DNA of 45,466 bases, from positions 158,895 to 204,360 of the forward strand of contig JBNGIO010006224.1 of assembly GCA_049999805.1 (NCBI GenBank), given 5' to 3'. The DNA comes from Folioceros fuciformis (taxonomy: Eukaryota). The first letter of the stretch is position 1. Every line of letters begins with the position of its first letter. A model generated the notes under the pieces. The model was not told the DNA's origin. It was given only the letters and a program-made list of their open reading frames with translations, and did no database searches. Positions 35,372 through 45,466 of this stretch are shown piece after piece. The position numbers and the translations under genes are program-made.

Positions 35372-37412
35372 TTATCCTCGAACAAGAAAAAGGCCAATAG
35401 CCACCACAATGAATGTAGAGGGCACACCGAATCGAAGATGGTTCCAAAAAGAGAGGTTGTATCCGAGTAGTTGTGCCCTCCTAGCTTGCTCGCTCACGAT
35501 GAGGTTGGCTGCAGAGCCCACTAAGGTCAAATTGCCTGCCACAGTACTCACCCAGGCCAGAATGAGCCACGCCCTGGTCACACTGGCTCCAGGTGTGCTA
35601 GCTGCAGATGCTGCTACTCTGGAGCCCAGCAGAAGGACTGCACATACAGCAAAATTACTTTGGTCAAGTCACGTGGACAGTCCTGTGTTATATGAACAGC
35701 ACTGATTCTGTTGTGTTGGACAAGGATGAATACCAGTTGGAACATTGGAAGCAACATTCGAGAGGAGGATCACAACAAGTGCCAGGATGAACGTGCCCTT
35801 GACATCGTTAATTCGCGAGGAAGGCTCCACAGCATTCCAAAATGCCCCTGGTGCACCAGTCCTGTTGAATCCGTCCACCGATATGAACATGCCTGAGAAG
35901 AAGACTAGGAGAGAGTAAGAGACCTGCAGAACCCAAAACAACCAACACTAAGAGAGTGTCCATGTGATTCACCCCCTCCTCATTGCAGACATGGCAGATT
36001 TTGTCCGTTAGAACGATTGCAAGACACGAGAAGCCCACCTGATCAAGGCTGGGGCCTGCATCCCCGAAGTCCAGAACCATAAGCGCCACTGCTGCAGTGA
36101 TGGCACACCAGGACAGGTTTAAGCCTGCCAAAAGGGCTGCCAGCATCCCAAGAGTTATGCCATACACGCACACCTTATACTTCCGGCTGGGAGGCTTCTT
36201 CTTCTCCTGATTTGTCGGTTTCTGAGGCTCATCGGTTAGAGTTAGTTGGGTAATCAAATTTGCTGTCAGCTGGCCTGAAGGGGATGGACTCACAGGCAGC
36301 TGGGGATCATATGACAATGAACGCTGCCGTGGGCGGTGTGAGAGGGCATTCGTGGATTCCAGCCGTAGGAGATCAGTCATTTCCAAGGCTGCATGTCCGG
36401 TTGTGTGACTGTCCCTGGATCTCTCACTGTCTATCGCTGATATCTCGCCTCCATTCATTTCCGCCTTCCCAGTGTCTGTAGTCACGTCATCCGGAGAGAC
36501 ACTCTGATCTTGCATGAGACTGTAAGACGTCCGCGGGAGGGACTTGAATTGCCCATCCGTCACCTCTGATCTTGTTAGTTCTGGAGAGGAATGTTTGAGA
36601 GCCTGAGGAGACGGCGGCACAGATGACAAGCTTCTTGGAAGTTCTGTGCCATAGGGGGTGGCCAAGACATGACGAGTGTGAAACCCAGACGCGTCTTCCG
36701 CATCAAACAGAGGTGCCACTGGCGCCTTAGTCGTCAGGCTGAGGTCATTCGGAGCTTCCCCCTGGTGGCCCTCCACATCCTCCGGTAGGGACAATTTCCC
36801 CCAGTAAAGCGCAAGTAGCCCCAGTGTGTTTGCAACCATTCCTGCAGCAACTGCAGGGAGAATCCCAACCAAGAAAGTTCCAAAAGAGATTTTGCTTGTT
36901 ACTGCAATGACAAGATTTTGCGGATTTCCAATTGGTGTTGCTGCGGATCCTATGTTGGAACTGGAAGCAAGAGCGATGAGAAAAGGTTGAGGCCGAAGGT
37001 TTTTTTCCTTGCAAAGCTTTAGCACAAATCCAGTCAGAATCACACAAGTAGTATCATTAGTGAATAGGGCACTGGAAACAGCTGATAGGAAGCACACTCT
37101 GATCAGCAGATCCTTACCACCTTGACTCTTCCAAGAAAGGAGTGCACCCAGATACTTGAAAAGCTCTGCTCTCTCCAAGTAAACACTCACAGCCATGGTG
37201 CCAAACAATAGGCCCAAGATGGGAAGGTCAATAGCAGCAAAAGCCTGGGTAGGGGATTCCACTTGGAACACGACCATGAGAGCTGCCCCAAGAAGAGATC
37301 CTGCAGTTCGGCCGATAGGCAGGAAAGGGACAGCAGGAAAGACAGCCATAATCCAGAAGACGATGAATGCTATAGATCCTAACACTACTTTATAAAGCGG
37401 CGCCCAAGCCAT
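35372..37412 (-). CDS. LSI2: Silicon/arsenite efflux transporter, Lsi2 / ArsB-NhaD (CitMHS) family; 3 coding exons, 609 aa
   Basis: Exons 37412-36039, 35923-35734 and 35637-35372. Motifs [70 protein letters not shown] and [18 protein letters not shown]. Confidence 0.93.
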
Positions 37413-39311
37413 GTGGCCAACTCCGAGGAAATCTGAGGAGGACGTCTCGAGAGAAATTGACAACCACTACAAGTGGAGCTGGGACACCGATGCTACTATC
37501 GACCAATCCCTCATAGCGGTCAATCTGGAATGATATTGTCTCTTCCGTGGCAGGCTGTTCTGCTCACCAACAAATGGATGACGCATTGAGGTAAGATTGC
37601 ACCAGCACTCCTCCAGCTGATTCTAAAAGTGGGATTCTGCCACTCCCTAAAGTCTTCGCCTGGCACTGGTGTACCCTCCCATAACGTCCTGCAGCCACCA
37701 CGATCCAACAGCCCACGAGGTGCAGGTGAGCTGGCAGCGCAAACTTGAAGGCTGTGAGTATGAACAAAATCCAGGCCCGGCCAGCATTGGTCGTTCGTTG
37801 TGAATTCGATCTAGTGACCGAGTACACAATTGTCACAACAGACCGGAGATGCTGTCCAGGATCGTTAAACCCGACTGTACCAGAAACACAGTGCCTCAAA
37901 TGTTCACTAACAGACCTGTTCGACCAAAATCGCTCACGACGGAAGCCGAGGAGAGACGATTCCGAAGCAACTCTTGGTTGAAATAAAGCGAGCCAATCCC
38001 AATCAGGCACGACAATCAGAAGCGGGTTAGGAGCCAATGGCAAGCGCAATCACCGGGTTGCGTCGAATTCTGGGAACCGAAAATAAATGAGACCCATCTG
38101 TCCACCCACCCACACAACTTATAACTGCTTCCTCAATTCCAGCAAGTTTCTCAACAACAGCCAAACTCATGGACGAAGTTATCACGGGCTCGCTGCTGAG
38201 AAAACTGCACATGAATCCCGACCATCGACACAAACATTCCAGTGCGTCTATGCAGATACCTCCCAGACCCAGGACGCAGAAGCTACGCGGAAGAGCGTGC
38301 AAGCAGGAAGAAGAATTCTCACCTGGAGCGTGGCGCATGCAGAGAAGTGAACACGGTGGGGCCGTTGTCCCCACCAAAAATTTCATGCGCACATATGTCA
38401 ATGGAACCGCGCGCAACGAGAAAAAGAGAGAGCCTAAAGGCGCAGCAGAGGAGAAGGGCGGAGCGGAGAGGCCTGGGTAAGTCACTCTGTGGCTCGCTAC
38501 TGCTGCTGCTCCTGTTGAAGAGGAGCGGGAAGGAGCCAGCAGTGCGATAGCACCGGACCCCGTTACGCCACGCCCTCCCCGCCCCGGTACTACTCGCCCG
38601 ATCGTGCTCCACAACGCCGCCTCCTAATGATCCATCTTCACCTCTAATCAAATCTTGTTTCCACTCGGACAAAGCAACATGCGGTCCCGGTACCTGGGCC
38701 TCTAACCTGCTTCCTTTGGCCGCACGCGAAGGGGCCAGTCGGGAAGCAGAAAACTTCATAAACGATTTGCGCAAACAAAAAAAAAGAAAGGAGGATGCAG
38801 GTTTGTCAATTAACCGACTCATGGGCCAAAGGAAAGGCCATACGACTCTGAAAAGTGTTGGCACGTGGCAAAAACAGGATGGTGTTTCAGTCTTCCACTC
38901 TCCTTCTGGCTCCACACCAGTAGCGACAGAAGCATGAGTAGCCAAGTTACTTTCTATGGACTGGCCCCACGCCAAAATTCGTCTTCGCCATTGCACTGGA
39001 ATCCTCCTGGCTTCGCACGCGCGCCATTTGTGAACTCTCTTACCACCAACGTGTCGCTCCTCAGCACCTGGACTGTGGTCACCCAGGTTGGTGGATGCAT
39101 GACGAGAGAAAAATTGTTGCATGCAAAGCAAAACGGCACGGACCCGATGCCGGCGTGGATGCCCACTTCAGCATGACGGAGGGATTCGCATCGTGGGAGC
39201 TTAGTGGCCGTCCAGAGTCCACCCTTTCCCTCTCCACAGCTGCAGTCCGATATCCTGTGCTTGAGGCAACCAATTTTGGAGAACATTAGACACACATTGT
39301 ACACAACTAGG

Positions 39312-41346
39312 CTAAACCCGGATTTCGTAGTTCGCAGCTCGTGTTACAGCTCTGAATTTTCTGTAGATGCGATATCCCGCACTTTCTACATCAATCTTCC
39401 CGATTTGGAGACCGGAAATGGCTAAGCCCATTATTTTGAATCCCACTAAGATCGTGGGATACTGTGCGAGGCGATCTAGACCTGCCTGCAGCTGCACGGT
39501 GCCCGTCAAGCACGGGGATTTGTCTTTGGGAATGCGCCCTACGATCCACGCGGATACCTGAAACACGTTGGAGAACGGTCTACCATTAACGAAGCTGTCA
39601 TGGGGCAATTTCTCACACACGTATGCATCAGCTATCCAACGGCGACAGTTAACTGCAAAAGGGACATGCAAGCAACAGCGAGCTCAAACAAGCTCAACAT
39701 GCCCACCTTGGTGCTGTGATTGTACGTCACAGTGCCGTGATTCGCTGTCAAGTTCGATGATCGAACCCCAGGAGGCCACGGTAGCTGGACAATGATAGAG
39801 TCCACCGGCTTGCCAGTATCATAGCGGATACCAACCATGACACTGACCCGACAAACCCCTCCACCAGAAGTGAGTTGTGGCTTGACATATATTGGCGTGT
39901 TCCTCAGACCTTTCACCCTAGAAGACAACCAACAACTCAAGTTCACTGCCCATTTTGCTCCAAAACGCTAAGGGAATGGCCAAAAAGCCAGGCCTGCCCT
40001 TTCTTCAAACCTTTGCACAGCCACGACACAATTCTTACAACAAACCTGTAACTCAAAAGCTTGAATGGCCCGTCCGGAGGAATGAATGAAAGAGTCTGAT
40101 TGGATTCCCACAAGCGATAGCGGACACAAGGATGGAACCGGACATCATTCAGTATCGATGGATTCGTGAAGGTCAAACTGACGTTTGGCATCCCAGAAAG
40201 CCGGGAATTCGCCTGGACTTCTCCATATACTTCACATCTTTTAAGAAAACCATCCCTGAGCAGAACCATCACATCACAGCAGAAAAAGGTAAGGCATACA
40301 TGCCCTACAATCCTAAGAGACAGGTTCCACGAAGCAACATCGGCACACCTGCTAACGGTCGCATCCATCTCCTCCACAAGATCGAAATACATCTCATTGG
40401 GGACATGCTTTATCCCATTGGCTCGCCATGAGACATTTGACGCTGCTGCCAGGGGAAGAGAACTTCCAACAGTGGAACTCCCACCAGTCACCACGCTTAA
40501 CACCCTGCTAACCAGATTCGGTGTGGATATCATTTCCTTCAGTATGTTCGGTTCAGTTGTCAAAGGAAACCCGCTGTCCATCATCTCATCCAGCAGCTGG
40601 CAAACATGTATGAAAGCTTTCTGTCAGAGTCATTCTACTTCCCACACTCGCTCCCTCCCCAAATACTGATGGGAAAACTTGCTCACCTGGTAAACAACTA
40701 CAAAGTTGTCTTTAATCAAGTCTTCGTTCAACCCTCCGAGGTAATCAGAAACCACATCTGCGACCCTGCAGAGAAACTTCAGCATGAGAGAGATTCAGCA
40801 ACATCATTCTCGGCCCCAACAATTGACTACAATCTCAGGTTTGCACGATCCGGGTTCCAGCCACAGTCCCTCAGCGACTCTAACAAAGCCAAAAACGTTC
40901 TACGTTCACCTCGATTGCAAGCAGTGGTGGCATCTCCGACTTGGAACACGCCAAAAAAGTAACACCTTCTCGAACAATGTTGACCATGTAATAAGTCGGA
41001 GACGCAAGCACACTTGGTGCTTGTGCGGTTCCCTTCAATGGCGAGCAACCACTTGAGAGAGTCAGCTACGGCACCTCAGTTCAAACGGTTCCACATCCCC
41101 CGACATCACAAACCCTTGAACACATACATTGTGCAGGAAGCCTTCTCCGTGCGTCTGTGACCAGAACCAGCTGCACGCAGATGGATCCACTGGACGTCCC
41201 ATCCATTGCTTCTCAAGAATCACTTCCCTGGGGCAGCTCAGTCATCAATGATTCTGCGCAAAACAAAACGAGACCGACAGCTAGAATAAAATAACACAGA
41301 GCATCACTTACCCTGTATCCGACAACAAAAACATGCAATCCAACAT
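39312..41346 (-). CDS. AP3M: AP-3 adaptor complex mu subunit (8 exons)
   Basis: Spliced product MLDCMFLLSDTGEVILEKQ...EMPPLLAIEFLCRVADV..DYLGGLNEDLIKDNFVVVYQLLDEMMDSGFPLTTEPNIL...VRFHPCVRY...SFIPPDGPFKLLSYR...TRAANYEIRV*. GT-AG introns. Confidence 0.93.
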
Positions 41347-42059
41347 GGTGACAAAAGAGAGCGGCAGGCCCTGCCTTGCAACGAAGCGCAGAAGGTGTTT
41401 GTAAGATATCAGTTGCGGTGAATACAACCCAGAGAAGACGATTCCAAGACGGGCTACAGGTTTGCACAGCCGGGGCGAACACTTGAACTGTACGTGCCAC
41501 GAGTAAGTTCTGAAGGAGATTAGGTTTCGCTTGGAGAGGTTTGCGTTCGTTTGCCGGGTTTATTCGCAGCTCAGCTTTAATAACGAGGGGCAAAGAGGAC
41601 TCTAAGATGGCCTGCGTCTCAATCTCCGATCCAATAAATGCTTCGCCCGTGTGTAATCCCCCGTGGCATAGCATCCCCATCCTCTGCCATGCATCTCTCT
41701 TCACCCAACTCTCTGTACAGGAAATCACATACCGCGATCTCCTTACTCGTATCGCCCAGTTTTGCCACCTCCTAGTTTAAGCCGTCGAACCATGTAAGTC
41801 GTGAAACCATGTTCAACGCGTGAAACCGGGTTGAACGCGTGAAACCGTGCACGATCTTTTGAGGAGCAAGGCAAAGAGACCCCGGAGCAAGGAGCCGGAG
41901 GTAGGAGGCGTGTGGCATAGTGGGCAAGGAGGAGCCGGAGCATCTCGTTTATCTCTTTACAACTATTTGGCGTATGTCATGGCCAAAAAACGAAACGAAA
42001 ACAAGCTAATATGCAACAGCGCCTATAGGGTCACTTTCTTCTTCTTGGGTCATTCTTCT

Positions 42060-44150
42060 ATGCCTTTAAATCGCATAAGTCTATTTGCTATTCGTCTCTT
42101 TGTTTGAAACTATCTCTTCCAAGGCTGGTCTGCTGGCTGACACTTCGTCCACCCTTGCTGAAACGTGCATAAGGAGACCTTGTGCCTGCTTCATTATTGC
42201 ATATGTCTCATCTAGGATAGCAGGTTTGGCTTGAACCATGCTATGCATATTCATGTAGATGGCATCCAAGCCCCGACGTCGTTTCATCCTCAAATCTGCC
42301 AAGTTAGACGGGTTGCTCTGAAGGGTGGCCACATCTTCATTACTACACGGCACATGATCCTTATCCATTACCTCGTCACATGCCTGGCCTTCATCACTTA
42401 CCGCATTGCAGTTCAGGTCGGGTAAAGTACATCCCTCCTCTTGCCCTACAACATATCCTCCATTGGTACACCAAGAAAGTTGAGAAGTTTCTTCAAATAT
42501 ACCACAAACCTGTTGCACCTTTACGACATGCTTGCATACAAAACCTCACTGCTCCATTCCACATGAGCAAAAAGCCCAATGAGAGTGTGCAACTTCAATA
42601 CAATATAAGTGATCATTGTTGTCTAACAACATGCAATATGCAATAGTAGATCCAAGAGTCGTGGAAAAGATGATGACAGCCTCGTCTACAATACCACTTG
42701 TTGCAGCAACGACATGTTCGTACACCTTTTCCTACTTTGAATTAGGCTTGTAACCTCCAGCCTTAGTGAAATCAAGATACCAATAATGTCGGGCTACCTC
42801 GTTCACTACTTGATGCAATAACCAATCCATGCGCCTACCTGACAACGTTGCTTTGGTGAATGACACTCTTTCTTTTAGAAAACGGTGAAAAGCCTCCAAG
42901 GCAGAAGTTGTGTCTTGCCCAACATGAGGGTATGCCCTATAGGTCTTCATCCACATTTCTGTGAAATAAAAACAAGGCATGTCAGAAAAACAACGAAAAG
43001 GAACAGTATAACTAGTTGACACTAACCCTGAACATAGCAAATATTACCTACAGAGTTTTCCCACTACTTCCAGAAGTAGTCATCGAATCCTGGCTCAGTA
43101 ACATTCCACTCCTTATAGAAAAACTCCAACAGCACCTTACCCCATGCTACTGTCTCATCTTGTGTCTTGTGACCCCTGACATACATAATGTCTGCAAGAG
43201 CTGCCCATGTCGCCTTCCTTGCTACAGGCTACTTAACCTTCTTCAAAAGGTTTCACTGCTATGCCTTTCTAACATGCCACAAGCACAAAATAACATGTAT
43301 GTTTACTCCCCATACCTGTTTGAAGGCAGCCAATCATCCACTAGAAAACAACTAGGCGTCCACGAAGAACATGTGCTCAGTGCAATCTTTTGAGAGGCCC
43401 CAACCAAGACACCAGAGACATTATGGTAGCTTCTTGGGTTAGTGCTCATGTTACTGGAATACCATTCAAGTGGTGATCAAAAACCATGCTAGTGAATAGA
43501 TGATACCTATACTTATTCAGCCCGAATGTAGCGTCCATCGCTACAACACTATTGTTACCATGTTTGATCAACATGTGCCGCATAAAGGAGTTTACAAGCC
43601 TAAAACAAAAGGCTCATCCTAGAAGACAAGATGAGCATAGAGTTTCAACCACATGTCAGTGGACTTATCATCATCAGGATCCAACTTCCACTCACCAGCT
43701 TCTACTTGTCATTTGACGTTCAAGACATCCTTTCGTTGCATGTAATCATCACGAACATCCTCGATGTTCTCTCCATGTATATAGTGACTCATCTTCTCAT
43801 ACACAACTGCAACATGTTTGCACATAATTTATTTCAGAGACGAAAACCTTACAATAAAGACAATGTTTTACCTATTCCTTCTTGTCTTTTGAGAGCTAAG
43901 GAGCTCTTGACAATTTGGGGTAACCATCATACCGGGGACCATGACAAACATCACCAACCCGATCTGTATGTTGTCCTTGGTGAAGAATGATCTGAGCTAC
44001 TTCAGGAAATATGAACATTTGCTTCACAACAAGGTTGGCCATACGACCAGTCTTCATTCGAACATTTCTAGGTGTGGTAGCTGCTCGAAAATCTTTTGGT
44101 CCATAGGAACACCAATACCTATACAAGAGAAGAACATGTATTTCAGCATA
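42060..44150 (-). pseudogene. MULE transposase pseudogene
   Basis: DDE-type MULE motifs are split across frames by stops and frameshifts. Confidence 0.85.
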
Positions 44151-44178
44151 GCTTCTGAAAGTAATTGAATCAATTACC

Positions 44179-44800
44179 TACCGTATGTCTTACAGCCAAA
44201 ATGCCACAAGATTGTGGAAGGGTGTACACAAGTGCATAGACATGTTACCGTATGTCTTACAGCCAAAATGCCACAAGATTGTGGAAGGGTGTACACAAGT
44301 GCATAGACATGTTAGCCTTAGCTATTCGGCTGTTTGCCAAATGCAGCAGGGTAGATTATATCAGCCATACTCAGGCCCTAAAATAATGTGGCAGTGCTTT
44401 CACAAGCAGTCCCAATTTGAAATAGAAGGCATAGCATGTCTCAGCGATAGCTTTGGTAAAAAATGGTGTACAAACATTGTCATCCTGAAACAAAAGGAAT
44501 AGAAGCAACCTGTAAAAAGGATCTCATCTCGAAAAAGAAGGAATACAAGTAACCTATAAACAAGATCTCATCTCGAAAAAGAAGGAACACAAGCAACCTA
44601 TAAACNNNNNNNNNNNNNNNNNNNNNNNNNNNNNNNNNNNNNNNNNNNNNNNNNNNNNNNNNNNNNNNNNNNNNNNNNNNNNNNNNNNNNNNNNNNNNNN
44701 NNNNNCCTATAAACAGGGTCTCATCTCGAAAAAGAAGGAACACAAGCAACTTGTAAAAAAGATCTCATCCCGAAATCGCCTGAACACAAGCAACCTGTAA
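44179..44800. repeat. Tandem repeats inside the MULE: 67-bp duplication and 44-bp minisatellite spanning a gap
   Basis: ccgtatgtcttacagcc...catagacatgtta at 44181 and 44248; atctcatctcgaaaaagaaggaacacaagcaacctataaacaag units at 44521-44800. Confidence 0.9.
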
Positions 44801-45466
44801 AAAGAATCTTGGGCCAATTCCATTTAACCTTCAAGAGGGTTTTACGCACCTCACGTACAACACCGGTGTGTCCAATGATGGCACAATAGCCGGCCGCAGG
44901 GCATTTCGACTCTTCGAATCTTTGCGATAAAAGGTGGTCGTACAAAACACAACCACAAAATCCTCCACAAGACTCCATTGAATGAATGCGACTTGCAGTT
45001 GCTTTTGCATTTGCCCATCTAACGTGTCTGTATTGAAATGTTCGAGCAGTGGGATCTAGACNNNNNNNNNNNNNNNNNNNNNNNNNNNNNNNNNNNNNNN
45101 NNNNNNNNNNNNNNNNNNNNNNNNNNNNNNNNNNNNNNNNNNNNNNNNNNNNNNNNNNNNNTGCTCGCTTTAGGGTTTAAGCAAAATGGTTGTTGAAGCT
45201 TAAACCCGCTTTCATGGCTTACATGGTTTCACGGCTGAGACTAGGAGGTGGCAAAACTGAACGATACGAGTAGAGGTGATCATAACATGTGATTTCTTGT
45301 AGAGAGAGATGGGTGAAGAGAGATGCATGGCGGAGGATAGGGACGCCATGCCACGGAGGGTTACACAGGGGCGAAGCATTTATTGGATCAAAGATTGAGA
45401 CCCAGGCTCTAAGATGCTATGGATGATAAATGTGCTACTCTATTTCTTTAGTACAGAGTATAATAA

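Larger units (their letters stand above)
41610..45407 (-). mobile_element. Mutator-like element (MULE) with ~220-bp TIRs, 9-bp TSD and decayed transposase
   Basis: TSD tctaagatg at 41601-41609 and 45408-45416. TIRs begin gcctg(c/g)gtctcaatct at both ends (41610-~41835 vs ~45195-45407). Transposase remnants YWCSYGP, AMDATFGLNKY, LWHVRKA and EAFHRFLK...RRMDWL on the minus strand. Confidence 0.95.

Noticed and set aside
38027..39304. Long ORFs between Lsi2 and AP3M (195, 270 and 116 aa)
   Set aside because: No recognisable motifs. They overlap the likely Lsi2 promoter/5' UTR and AP3M 3' UTR, and are probably chance GC-rich ORFs.

Overview
Eukaryotic, intron-containing plant nuclear sequence with short GT-AG introns and several N gaps. 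A non-seed land plant is likely, but that is inference only. Apparently intact genes: an XS/XH-domain (IDN2/FDM-like) gene with an unusual XS-XH-coiled-coil order (-, 1431-3406); three paralogous 3-exon DUF674-family genes (+, 9741, 20898, 33659); an Lsi2/ArsB-type silicon/arsenite efflux transporter (-, 35372-37412); and the AP-3 mu subunit (-, 39312-41346). DUF674 copies 1 and 2 lie in a duplicated ~2.8 kb unit. That unit also carries a frameshifted fragment of the Lsi2 central loop in the same convergent orientation seen at the intact DUF674-3/Lsi2 pair, so a DUF674+Lsi2 block appears to have been amplified with only DUF674 retained. Intervening DNA holds a divergent PLATZ-like ORF, an RPA70-C-like fragment, Ty3/Gypsy relics, a decayed L1 LINE that ends at TTTAGGG repeats, several minisatellites, and a complete Mutator-like element (TIRs plus perfect 9-bp TSD) 264 bp upstream of the AP-3 mu start codon. 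All family calls come from motif recognition by eye; no database searches were run.
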